Assembly: GCA_040954595.2 (NCBI GenBank) | Contig: CM082582.2 | Coordinates: forward strand, 4,758,303 to 4,822,302 | Direction of reading: 5' to 3' | From: Balanoglossus misakiensis | Taxonomy: Eukaryota > Animalia > Hemichordata | DNA: 64,000 bases | In this document: positions 12,781-25,600 of the stretch, piece by piece | Layout: every line of letters starts with the position of its first letter | Numbering within the stretch: the stretch's first letter is position 1 | Translations under genes and position numbers: made by a program | Notes under the pieces: generated by a model | Databases searched by the model: none | What the model was told of the DNA's origin: nothing | What the model saw: the letters and a program-made list of their open reading frames with translations, nothing else

Positions 12781-15146
12781 CTATATATGTTTGTCCTTTA
12801 ACGATTTTCGATACCAGTTGTCTTCCTGTTTTTTACTGTCGCCAAGTATGGCATCCAGTTCGTGGTGAATATGTTTCGCAGTTATAAGGAGGGAATCCAT
12901 TCTCTCCTTGAGATTAAAGATTGTTCCTTCGAGTTCTTCGGGCGGTTCTTCTAGAAGTCTGCTCATGATAATCTCGTTGAACGCATTCAGGTTGAACTTT
13001 GCGTTGTAGCCGATGCATTTGCCGTGAATGCACGGTATATCTGTAAAATCAACAGGTATAAAACACAAGAAATTAATATCCATCTTTTCGTTCGGCATCA
13101 ATCCATTCGTCCACCTAACTACCCACATAGCAAGTTATCAAAATTTCTCTGTACATGAGTCTGTCTGTCTTTCATTGTATGTTTGTTTGTTAGTCAGTTA
13201 GTTAAATAATTACTAGTAGTTAGTTATAGTTAGTTAGTTAGTTTGTTTGTTTGTCTTCTTGTTTGCTTGTTTGTATTTGTTTATTTATTTATTTATTTTA
13301 ATAGTTGTTTTGTAGTTCACTTCATAACTATTAGTCCCGAATATTCGATCTTCGGAAATCAACTTGTATTTTCGGGATTCGACCATTCAGCCAAAATCTC
13401 GAACGCTGAATGGCCGGTCTTTTCCCTTTCCCTTCACACGAAATTTATAATTGTAAAAAGAAAAAAATTCTGCTCACCAAAATTTCGCCCGCCCCCGTTT
13501 ATGTAACAGCTGATACCAGTCTCGCAATCCGGTTCCACACTATTCATGTCATCGAGGTCACCCAGGCGAATGGAATCCCCAACCATGTACATCTGCTTCA
13601 ACTTGCAGTCGGTGATGATCAGCGACCCCAACGGTGAGTGTTCCAAGTAGTCCAACAGGCTGGCGATGTCTCTTACTATCTGAAAAGTTTTGTTGTGCGT
13701 ATAAATACATGTATGTGGATAGTCCAGACATTCTTAGAAGAAAATGCGTGAAAACGACACAGTTTTGTTTTGTTTTTTATAGATTACCTACTTTAAAACG
13801 TTTTCGCCAGTACCAGTTGTTGCGTATCTGCTCCAAGTGCATAGTCTTTCCTACCTCTACCACAGATATGACACCTTGTTCCTGAAACGCCTTGTTTGAT
13901 ACTTCACTCCGAACACAGAATCCAAGCAGCTGTGATCCCAAGAAATGACGAGAGTTAGTAGCACGTTCAAATTGAGTGCATCAGACTGTTGTTCGTTGAA
14001 GAGTTTCAAAGACAGCGTTACCCTTTTAATTTTGATGCAAATTTAGCACCGGGCGGCACCAACCCTCCTCAGTGGCGTGGCCATACCCTATCCCCGACCA
14101 GTGGGTGAGTGGGGAAACGTATGATACCTGTCCTCATGGGTCCTGATATCGATTTACATACGGGTTAATAAAGTTAATTTGTCTACAATATTTTCACCAT
14201 CAAATAGACCAGCATGTACGTGTAATCAATCAACCAACCAAACGATGGAATGTCTTTGGTTTCCACGCTTTCCGCCCCTTATTTAAAAAAATCGACAGTG
14301 TTAATCAATATTTTGTTACGTAATTTAAAACAACGCGACCCCAAACAAGTTTACGTTGGGCCTGTTGATAGATTTATAGTGGAACGCAGTCAGAGTCGCG
14401 ATATATACAATGTACTTGACTGTGTACGCACCTCTTAAATTACTCACTATTAAGCATGTTTTTCTTACCTTAATTAGGTTTGGGTGTTCAAGCTGCAAAG
14501 CTAGCAATATCTCTTTCATTATTTTATAGTTTGGGTACAAAAAGCAGTCATCGGGCTGCCTGTAATTGCCACGTCTAAGACAAGCAACGACGTCTTGGAC
14601 GATACCCGACACAAACTTGACGGCGACTTGTTTCCCGCGGTATCGACCAAGGCGCACTACTTTGCTGTAGCCCACACCGAGTTTTCCGTATAAGTTGATG
14701 TCGTTGACGTCACCGCACTGCAGAAGTGATCGGTTGCTTAAATAATCGCGAGTAGTCAACTTTTCAAGTTGAAAACGATATCCATCTGCACCGTGCGGGT
14801 TTTCCTCTTCAAGAGTGACATTCACACCTCGCAGCGATAAAATCCGACTGTATGTCTCTCTGTGTTCCTGTTCCAGTCGTTTCAAGCGAGACTCTAATGC
14901 GGCTAGTTCACTGCTTCCATTCGCAGCCTCTGGAATCGATACAACCTGATCAGCGATGAACTGTTTTGCTACTTTCGAATGCTTGGAATGCAGAGATGCT
15001 GGATGCGTTGCATAGCCGTAGTAAATCCAAAGAAGGAGCAGCAACGTTGAAGTGAACGAGACAAGCGAAACACATACAAACGTTGAATATATGCCGTACC
15101 TCGATCCCAGTTTAAGTTTCCTGAAGACATACAACATCGCTGTCAT
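12781..15146 (-). CDS. PKDCC: PKDCC/VLK-like kinase, paralog B, ~425 aa
   Basis: Exons 15146-14469, 13929-13792, 13679-13478 and 13040-12781 join in frame (1278 nt), with the same intron positions and phases as paralog A. Features: TM anchor (FVCVSLVSFTSTLLLLLWIYY), GVGYSKVV, VAVK, IMKEILL, LLDYLEHSPLGSLIITDCK, RLGDLDD, CIGYNAKFNL. Confidence 0.88.
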
Positions 15147-15908
15147 GTCCGATGGTATATTATCACTAAATAGTGGCAGGGTTAATTTGCATTTTAAAGC
15201 AACGAGCCATGCATGCAAATTATAGACAGAGGCTTATCTGGTGATCAATAATGACCCGATAGGTTAGTTAACTTGGCTGTTAAAAGTTCTTTATCCAACG
15301 CAAAATATATTGAAAGACTTATCCGTTATTAGATGTAGGAGTTTCCTTGTAGGAGGCTAATTTCAAAGTGGAAAACGCAACGTTTTCATTGAATTTTGCA
15401 TTTCCCATGGTGGCAGCCATATCTCTTTGCAGCAAAGATTTATTATTTAGTATCTGGTTAAACTTACACATGCACTCATACTTCGGGTTTCTCAGTGAAT
15501 ACATCTCTATGGAATAATATTAGTACTGTTTGAAAATAAATTTCATAATAATTTCTCAAAATTTGCAGCTCATGGGGCGTTAATTTAAAATGATGTAAAT
15601 AATATGTTTGCTGGTCTTGTAATCATGTAGTACACATGTCTAATTCAAATAATGCTGGGAAGTCTACAAAACTTTAAAAAAATATCGCACATGCATATAT
15701 ACGTTATAAATAAAGTTTTCCGTTGATATAAATTTGTGATCATAATAAATTTTGATTTATCACATACATTATAGCACTATTGATATTTATATTCGTCTCG
15801 ATTATAAACAAAAAAACATCATTTTATCACATGATAGCACTTCAGGAAATGTTTGCCGCATAATAACCCTGTTTAAATATGTTCTCGTTGCTTTGTTATT
15901 AATCAGTC

Positions 15909-18900
15909 CTAATAACTTGTAGTCGTGAGGTGATCAGTTATGAAGGTGATATCTGTAGTGTTTGATATGACTGTCACAAGAGGGTCTTCATACAGAATGC
16001 CTGTCAGAAAATACAAAGAAATGTTATGTTATTATTGAGGAAAACACAAGTAAGCCCGATAAACTAAAGTCGATGGTATTTATGGGGGTCAATCATTAAA
16101 ATGCCATCTCAAAGCAGGCAATTTCGGAGTTCGGGGGAAATATACCCGGGTCAAGTTTTAGCCATGTTCTCCTATGGCTGCGGAGTTAGATGGAAGTATA
16201 GGTTAACATTAATTTTTTTAAAGCAAGTACTGCTTCTTGGTTGGGCGATCGATGCCTGTCCACCAACCTGCTGCAAAACTTTGTCTTTTCCTACAATTAC
16301 TAGTAAGCAATTTTCACATAATTCCAGCATACATTCCAACCCAACTTCGTACCTGCAATACACGCTGTCATAAAATTAGCGGCATTCCCGCAAATCATTG
16401 CTCTCACAACTATACTTGAGATATCCTTGGCTCTGTCGGGCGAGATCCCAATGAGCGCCCCTATCGTCAGACCGATGCCCGTCAGGTGAGACAGCCCACA
16501 GAGGGCGTAGGTGGCGATGACTTCAGAACGAGGCTAGCATTAAAATAGAAATACAATGTACATGTATCGATGTTTGTATTCAGTGTAGTGCTTTCGTGGT
16601 GACTATGAATACACATACAATTTCTTATTTTGGTTTTATGTACTTTCTTCACTGAAATAATATTGTCTTGTGAAGCTTTTTAACATGATTGCTTATCTTG
16701 TTGTATATTTATACTACGTTATCCTCATTACTTTTCATTCATTCATTCATTCATTCATTCATTCGTTCGTTCGTTCATTCATTCATTCGTTCACTCAGTC
16801 ATTCAGTCATTCACAAAACAACGCACCTCTTTCTTTACTATCATCTTTTATACTTACTGACAATGTTGGCTCTAAACCCAGCTCTCTGTTTTCCAAGAGG
16901 ATCGCCATCTTTCTGTAGGATACCAGGACACTCGTCACTATCTTCATTCCGATGAGTTCACCAACCACGAAACAATCCTTCCATTCAACGCCCATCAAAT
17001 AAGCAACCGGCATGAATACCCATGCGCAGATCAGCTAATCAACACAGACAAAAACGTCATATCATGTTCTGTCCACAAAAGTGAACATCGAAACACGATT
17101 TCTGAGTGAGAATTTCTACTGGCCAGCCAGTCCACAACATAGCTTATTTTCCTCGACTTCGCTCGTGGTAACTGGCCGGGAATAGAGAGAAACTTGTTTG
17201 CAAAGCTGTAGATCATCATTATTAAAGGGCGACGATCGTCGTATGCGCATGTGCCAAACATGAGATTCTGGTTACAAAAATGTATACAGTCAATGCCATA
17301 ATGATAGGGTAGTGTGTTGTCCCATGGAGCTACTGGTAGCTCCATGGCTGTCCTTACAACAAGATGGCGGCGACCATAGTCTGTGTCGGAGATCGGGAAA
17401 AGACAGTAAAGTGGTTTGAAAGAAGGGACAAATCTAAAGTCTGCTTGTACGGTGCGAATAAAAGGTTTGAATGCGTCGAACGAATTTGCAGAAAATTTGG
17501 ATATGTTTTTACACCCGAAATTACGCACATGCGCATGAGACGATTGTCGGCCTTTCTGGAACTGGTGAGTCAGTACCAAATAAACAAAAAATATTTTTAC
17601 CTCAAAACTTAAGACAGGATAGCCGACCATTCCACCAACCCAGGAGAGAAAGGCGTTCATAAATTCGACCAGGCCCAAAAAGACAATACAGTTGGCAGCT
17701 ACGTTGACAGCTATCGGCACGGCGGCCATTGCCCCAGTGGCAACAGCATCGATGATGTTCTGGTATTTTCTAGAAATTACAGTGTTATAAGACGATATGT
17801 CAGTTGACGCTGAGACGTGGTATGAGTCACCAAGAGATGACAAACTGATGCAAATACAGGTAATATGGATTAATGATGAGGATTTTACAGAATAGGGAGA
17901 AGATTTGACGTATTTTATTCTTGAAAAAAATATGAAAAATTTGGCAGTTGTTGGGGCTTTAAACGGTTAAAGTACGCTTCGCCCTTTGAGCCGCACGAGA
18001 TGGAAAAGGGAATATTTTTACCATCTGGTCTTCTGAGGCTGAAACATAAATGCTCTCCCTAGAATAAAAATGAATAATCATAGCCCTACAATCTGTCTTT
18101 TCTCCCCTACTTTGCATGTGTATCTTGAGATATATTGGCAGTGACATCCAGAAAATTGTCATATTTTTATTTTTGATTTGTTTAATAGAAAAATTGGCAT
18201 TCTTGGTGCGCACTACGACCTTTGTGTTTTAAACCACTTACGTGAAATTTATTTTGGCCGTCTTCAGTTCTGCCGATGGTAACTTCTCAATTTCCGGATA
18301 AAACATTTTGGACAGTGCCAGGGCTGCTGGCGCTGACATGACAGAAGCTGTGATCAGATAGGAAGGGCTAAGACCGAAGGCAATGGCGGCACCGATGACA
18401 CTACCAGCAATAGTTGCATACCCTGAAGTGGCCACAGCGTGTAGTTCCGACACCGACATGGAGCTGATGTAGGGCGCTATCAGCAGTGGGGCTTCACTCT
18501 GTACAAAACCAAACGATGAATGAATGAATGAATACATGAATGAATGAATGAATGAATGAATGAATGAATGAATGAATGAATGAATGAATGAATGAATGAA
18601 TGAATGAATGAATGAATGAATGGATGGATGGATGGATGGATGGATGGATGAATGAATGAATGGATGGATGGATGGATGGATGGATGGATGGATGAATGAA
18701 CGAACGAACGAACGAACGAACGAACGAACGAACGAACGAACGAACGAATGAATGAATGAATGAATGAATGAATGAATGAATGCTATAGCAATGCAGTTGA
18801 CACAGAGACATGGTTAATACGGATGTAGGATATAGGCCTTCAGTTTGTCGCGAAAGCCATCGATGTATCATCAATACTTGAGTAATATTTTTAATCTCAC

Positions 18901-21900
18901 TGCAACCAGTTTTGACAAATTTCTGCTGTGTCCTTTTTAAATTTAATAGTACAGAACTACAGAAGTTGCTAATAATGAGACCGATTCTGGCACCGCTATC
19001 AAACAATTGAGGAAATGTTAACCATCCACTACATTACAATTTCGCTACGGAATCGAATTTAAGAGCAGTGGTCATGTTTCTCAACAGCCTTGAAAACTCA
19101 CCATGCTGAGGAAGATGGAGGCAGCAGCAGCAAGAGATTCGCTCGCTGATGTATGCATTGTGAACTGTAAAAGCCAGGCTAGTTTCTCAATAACCAGCTG
19201 AATGACTCGAATGTGATAAAGGCAAGCGATCGTGGACCCCAGAAATAATATGATCGGAAGAACCTGTAAAAACAAAAAAGAAAACACATCTGTCGACAAG
19301 CGTTTGAAGCAAGTGCATATTCTCGTTTGCTGAACCTCGAACTTTTGCTTCAGTAACGCATGCGCCGAATCGGAACGTACCACAAGTTGCGATACGAACT
19401 GTGAAGCCGCGAGAAACTAGCAACATCGGATCGCAACCTGCGATGCTTTGCTTCGCCGCATGACTGAGAGCTGGCAAACGAGAACAGGATCGATCATGAG
19501 TGGGAGATTGGATGTATAGGCCACACAAGGGCAACTGAAGTCCTTGTTTTTTGATAGAGAAACTGGCGTCACATGTCCGAATAATTATTAAAGACGACGT
19601 TCACCCCTATTTCTGCTTGCTTGTGACTCAAATAGTCTAAGGTAAACAATATAGTTTTACCGTGTTAAAAGTCATCTCGGTGTTCGATGATGTTAATGCA
19701 ACATTTATCATGTGTTTTGAACAAGGCATGCCTAGCTATTGATCACATAAGTTTCGGAAATTGTGATTCAAGATGCATTTTCCTGTGTAAATGTGATTGA
19801 TAGCGTGTTCAAAGTTTACCTTGAAAGCAAAGAAGTGATTGACCCAAAGTTCTCCGAAGACGAAAGTTGACCCGGCTTCAGTGTAATCCAGGAATTTGCT
19901 GACCTCCTCGCCAAGAAATCGGAAGGCTTCGAATCCCCACTTAGTGCGCAGAATCAACAGTGCCAAGCAGATCTGTAGAACCAGACCCCATACGACGGGC
20001 CTCCATCGAATCTAAACAAGTCATCAGAATACTTGGTGGTTAGGCTGCATTCACAAACACCTCTGGAGGGGGGGGCAGGAGAATTGAGGGGGGGGATTTG
20101 AAATAATTGAGGGTATGTAAGGGGGGGATTTGAAATAATTTAGGGACTGAAAGGGGGGGACTTGAAAACTTTAACGACTAAATATTTATTTTGAGTCCAC
20201 AAAAATGCAGTTTCGCGCCCTTTATTTTACAACATTTTCTAATGCGGGAGGGGGACACCCCCTCCCACACCCACCCCCTCCATTCATCAACACCTTTCAA
20301 TCATTGACTGGTTTATCTAGTGTCCCAGGTCAGGGGACTTGCCCCACCCCATGATAACTTTGAGCGGCGACGGTTAAATTTGTCCTCCCCAACATACCGG
20401 TAGTTGAGTTAATTTGCTTTGAGCTCTGTATTTTAGAAAATTTTCTTACGTGGGAGGGGGACACCCCCTCCCAAACCCAACCCCTTCAATTCTCGGTTTA
20501 CAATGTCTCCCAACACAGAATACAAATATATGTACTTAAAAAATAAAAACAATGTTCAGTTTTAATACCCACTGATGAGGGGAAACATCAGTTTCAAATT
20601 CTTTTCATGGGAGCGCTGTTTTTCTTTTTACAAGATAGATAGGTGATGTGTTTTGCTCTGTGAAAGAAAATGGGGGGGGGGATTTCAAAATTTTGGCAGT
20701 TCGGAAGGGGGGGATTTGAAAATATTGGCAGTTGGGAAGGGGGGCATGTGAAAATAAGCGGTAAAAAAAATTGAATTCTCCCGCCCCCCCCCCTCCAGAG
20801 GTGTTTGTGAATGCAGCCTTAATATCAGAAGAAATTTTGCAGAGACTAAAAAACGGCATTTCCATAACAGGTACGTTGCCGTAACAAATAAAATAACAAT
20901 ACTTATCATCTCATCAAGCAAAGTGCTAACTCCGACAAGACATTTTTGGTACAAAAGTATCTGATTTCAGTTTTATGCTTATATTAAAACTTACCTTGTC
21001 CGGGTGTTTAGAAAACAAGAAGCAAAAGATGATGATGCAAATCAGACCGACCAATGACATCATGTTTGCTGGTCTCTTCCAAGTGTCGAAAATAATCCAC
21101 AGAATAATTAGCGCCAGTATCAGGATTCCGGATACCCTGAGAAGAACAGAATGGCGTACATTGTTAAATCTGACACGCCAAATCTCGAACAATTGGCCAC
21201 CTGTGTGTCAAATGGTAGTGATTAGCATACTTCGTTCTTGTGTATCATGTAAAATTGTAGACGATCACCTAGCTGTGGTACGCAGCTGTACCGTTGGGGG
21301 GGGGGGGGCTGTCCGTGGGGGTAATCAGCCCCCCCCCCCCCGCAACGGTACAGCTGCGTACCACAGCTAACGATCACCTCACCAACATCTCTGAGTCAAC
21401 ACGCATAGTTTCACGCAATTTTCAGTGGTGTTAAAGATTTGGGGATGATCAACCTACCACCTAATAATGTTCCATCGTCTGTCGCAGAAACGGACCAACG
21501 GCCTGCACAGTTCACTGAAAGATTCTCCAAATCGATCTCTGATTTTGGCATAGACTATGCACAGCACAACGAATATCGTCATGACAAGCAGCGCCAACGC
21601 TCCGTCAAATGAGTAAGAAAGGGCATAGCACATGTAGGCACAATATAAAAGAAGTAACGTGAGATATAACGTAATCTTCAAGCTCCTCTTGTTTTTCTTC
21701 AGGATTTTGCCAGCTACTGACTGAATTTTGCGGATACCCTGTCGAAAAGAAATTATAACCATAGTTAGCCGTTACGTGACGTGACGTGATGTGGTGTGAT
21801 CCGTTTCGGTGTGATGTGATGTGATGTGTGACGTTACATATTATTTATACAAATGTAACCGTGACACCTGACTGAACAAAATTACGTGATTCTTTAGCGG

Positions 21901-22693
21901 GTTCTATTTTTATTTTCATTAAAATCTAACATATTTGGAATTTCAAGATTTTCGTAATAAAAGCATGGGTTACTAGACATATAACACGCACTCTTATTAC
22001 CTATGTATTAGGAGCTTTTCAATATTACCAACTCCGAGGAAAATTACCGGTACATGGTGTAAATATTTAAGAGAACTGAGATATACCTGATATCACAGGC
22101 CTTTGTGAGATTTTCGTATAATAATCACATGTGTTAAAGTTAAATTTTATTAAAAAAATACTTGACGTACCCTGGCACAGCCGTTGTCAGGGATATCGAT
22201 ACCATCGACACCAGAGCCGATGTTTATCCTTTCTTCGTATGAATTTTCTCCTCTGCTTTTCCCATTCATCTCACGTGCATCGCCTCCAGCGCTGTTCATA
22301 TCAACTGTAATGTCACCATCTGCAGCTTTCTGGGACCCAAATAGAAAATGAACTACAATTTATATGTTGCGGTTCATACAGGTTTCGTCCGTTTGAGCAT
22401 AGACACAAGAGGTGTGTAAGATACACGTGATAAGTAGCATGATTTGACAAATAACTTAAAAAAGAAAATACCATTTTCTTGGTTTCCTTCGTTTTGTACG
22501 TGATTTCATCCTCCAAACGTTGGGCGTTACTCCAGAATACGCGAGTATATATAAACGAGGTATCATGATCAAGAATTAATCATGAACTTACTTCTGCCGA
22601 GGCCTCTGGTATTTCAAACGCAACATTATCGTTGGCCGTATCCATGGATTTGAGTTCAAAACTTCCTTTCTTGAAATATTGCAATTCTGCCAT
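15909..22693 (-). CDS. SLC28A: SLC28 (concentrative nucleoside transporter, CNT) family protein, ~637 aa, with a divergent binding site
   Basis: Exons 22693-22592, 22329-22171, 21738-21458, 21136-20995, 20011-19820, 19263-19102, 18498-18242, 17769-17601, 17034-16858, 16533-16353 and 16000-15909 join in frame (1914 nt). CNT motifs: [116 protein letters not shown]. Confidence 0.93.
16734..16813. repeat. (TTCA/TTCG)n microsatellite in an SLC28 intron
   Basis: Direct reading: ttcattcattca...ttcgttcgttcg...ttcattc. Confidence 0.95.
17226..17553. mobile_element. Kolobok-like TTAA MITE, copy 1 (homologous to 43125-43448)
   Basis: TTAA|AGGGCGACGATCGTC...GACGATTGTCGGCCT. The internal sequence (CTGGTTACAAAAA.TGTATACA.TCAATGCCATAA; TCTGTGTCGGAGAT; GGGACAAA.CTAAAG; ATTTGCAGAA.ATTTGGAT) is shared with the copy at 43125. 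Confidence 0.8.
18516..18782. repeat. Compound microsatellite (TGAA)n-(TGGA)n-(CGAA)n-(TGAA)n next to the SLC28 acceptor at 18498
   Basis: Direct reading of ~65 tetramer units. Confidence 0.97.
20043..20818. mobile_element. PIF/Harbinger (Tourist-like) MITE, 776 bp
   Basis: TTA|GGCTGCATTCACAAACACCTCTGGAGGGGGGG ... CCCCCCCTCCAGAGGTGTTTGTGAATGCAGCC|TTA: perfect ~32-bp TIRs with a 3-bp TTA TSD. Internal GGGGGGATTT(G/C)AAA repeats. Confidence 0.88.
21270..21369. mobile_element. 100-bp palindromic mini-MITE with TAG...CTA ends and a 9-bp TSD
   Basis: ACGATCACC|TAGCTGTGGTACGCAGCTGTACCGTTG-G-run...C-run-GCAACGGTACAGCTGCGTACCACAGCTA|ACGATCACC. TSDs at 21261-21269 and 21370-21378. Confidence 0.9.
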
Positions 22694-25600
22694 TATCTTT
22701 TTGACCTGCGCAATCAAACATTTCAAAATCACATTTCAATTTAAAGCGAAAATTTGTTCATTTTCAATAAACACCCTTGGCAGAATTATGCAAATACGCA
22801 CAATTTAGTGCGCAAACGCAGATCAGAACAAGTCTTTCATCGAAACACTCTGCTGCACACAACAAAACGCTTACTATAGTATGCATTAAAGTAGTATGAA
22901 ATGGGACAAGGGCAAGGGCAAGGGCATTGATATGATGACTATACTGACAGTTAACCTTGCATTCCAACCCTGAACTAGACCGGAGAGTCATAGCATAAAA
23001 AAACAACATCACACCGCATATTTTACGTCCTGGCTGTTTTCAGGTAACTTTGCCTGCCAGTGGGAACCCCGCGTTTATATCTTCCGTCTGCCCGTTGCGG
23101 TTTAACTAATTTTCAACGAACTTGACTTTTTTGAACAAAAAAATATAATGACCTCATGGTGTTAGTCTAAGACATGCCTCGTTTGAAATCCGGTCAATGC
23201 CAGTCAGGCTGAATCGCCTCTATACCTGACGCTTTCAAATGTCCAAAGAGATTCCAGTGTCATACATGTACCTCCATATGATGGTTTTCCTGGGACTTCA
23301 ACATTTGCACGTATTTTTGGCTGTATTTTTCGTTTGTTAAAACTCTGTGTCTCTTTTACCACAGTCATATTCTTTTACATAGTGCCCAAAATGAAATCAG
23401 TTGTGTAAAGTCGTGTAAAGGCACCGAATGTAAAGTTCTGTCGCCCCGTTCTGTTGCCAGTTTTTCTCTTTCGTCATGAAGAATTCAACATTAATTGCTC
23501 TCAGATCAGTACTTGTACACAGTGTACCCTCATACAGATTTCAATGAAGTCAACAAAACGCAAATACACTGAACAAAGATATCAGTGAAGTGACAAAGAA
23601 AATGATCCTGTGCAACTAAAAAAAAGGCATTTCAGCGAGCAGAACACAAGCTGCATGTACGACCTGGCGAACGATGCCCTTGGCTAAGTCCTAATCGCGT
23701 CTTTACATTATATTGGTTGCCCTATTAATCAACAACAGACGAAAGTGCCCGCGATTTCAGTCCAAAGAAAGAATCCACAGAGAGAATTGGAATAATACTA
23801 ACACAACAATATCATCGCACGAAGAATGACTTCTATTGATCGCCTCGCAGGAGTTTCTTCAATCCAAAGCAACATTGAAATTAAAATGAGTGACTTCATA
23901 TATGTACAAACTGTATGCCTTATGTTAATCACAGGTACAATCAAAAGGTGGCGGCGAATTCAACCTTTCGTCTTGGAGTCACATATGTTTGGCAGTCGTC
24001 GAAGTAATGAGAACAGTGTATGGATGTAATCTCTTCAATAAATCAAGACAAATTTGGAAAGCTATAAGATTTTGGAGAATTCCTCCAGAAATATACCTCG
24101 CATCCTACTCCCATTATCGCGCCAAGTTTCGTGCATTTCTTGTATAAATGACCAATGCTTTGTCACGTCAGGGAGCCGTTTGTATTTCACAACGACCTCG
24201 CCAATATATCCGCCTCTATGATAACGGGAACGGGGCAGCATTGTCACGATTCAAAAAGAGAGGACAAACTTCCAAGTTCTCCATTCAGATCATATCTTCA
24301 GCATTTACGCTCAGCAATGTCAACTAACTTGTATGTTTGTGAATTGTGAATAAAACAGTCGACCCACTCCTATAAAAATTGCATTATCCTTGTCATGGAC
24401 GGGACGCGAGTACCAACGTAGTGCACTTATATTCTTCAGGCTCACAAACACTACCTTGTTTAAAACTTAATTAGAATTGAAGTAATATGGCTCCCTTCTA
24501 TTTTTCACTTCTCCGTTCTCTTGTAATAAGTACGGTCAAATAAACTGGCAGCAACCGCCGCTAAAATCTCCGCTCTCGTAATTCACGGGGTTAATGGATG
24601 ACAATCTTCAATTGGCCCAACCACGGTATTTACAAATACAGTGATAATAGCATTAAACAAATACCAAAAGCGCTCAGAATTCATTGGGGCTTTAACACTT
24701 TGAAACACAGGAAAACACTTATCTGGGTAGTCGATTCTATTTATAGCTGCAAAGTCTTATCAAACCATTTCGTTACTATGAAAAGTGAAACACTTCATCC
24801 CACAACATTGCTATTAATACACACTTGTATGTCTTACCTGTAGTTTGCACGGTCTACAATTAAGTTAAATGGCAGCTTTGTAAAACGACTCCAACACAAA
24901 ACCGCGCACAAATTGGACTAGGTACAGCATTCACACCGCTTTTGTTCGTTGTTTGGGGTTAGAGGCCAGGTCCCGTGGTACTTTTCAACAAAGTAAGTCT
25001 CACTGGTATTTGCTGGGACTTAGAAAGGTGAACTGAATGCATCTATTTTGACTTTCTGGCTTTTGACATGTAAAATACTGGTGAAATCAAGCCATCAAAA
25101 CAACACGCACACACGCACAACAATTTCATACCTCGTGACTTTTGACATTCCCTGGTTGAGGTTGTTCAGTGAAGGTTTTTTTCGTTTATCAGAAATCATC
25201 TCTCCCAAAAATCATCCTTTTCGTTCATTGCTTCTGTTCTTACGGTCACTTCGGAGACGGAATTTTTTGAAGACGTACCATGTCAACATTTCATTATTTC
25301 TGAATGCCATGGTTACACCAGACAAAATGTTGGGTCAATTATATGGTATTTAGATCGTTTTATGCATAATTTGAGTTGCTTGGGTACTTCTGAAACGAGG
25401 TCAAGTGATAGAGGGACAAAGAGTCGACCCGGAGTTATTTGATACACTAGTTCACTAGTTTCAGGTCAGGAGCCATCTTCCGATCCCCTGGGTCCTATTA
25501 CCCCGTCTGAAGTGTACGGTCGCCTGCCTAGGTGAGATTGCCCTTGTTGTCCATTGGCCCATAGCTTAGCCTTTGGCCGAGTGCAACGAAACCCAAATGA

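Noticed and set aside
17031-17843. 270-aa ORF
   Set aside because: One SLC28 exon read through into intron and MITE sequence; only 17769-17601 is coding.
18494-19006. 170-aa ORF with [12 protein letters not shown] repeats
   Set aside because: Translation of the intronic tetranucleotide microsatellite.
23826-24349. Cluster of short ORFs in a coding-like stretch upstream of SLC28
   Set aside because: Multiple stops in all frames and no recognisable family; possibly an old TE relic.
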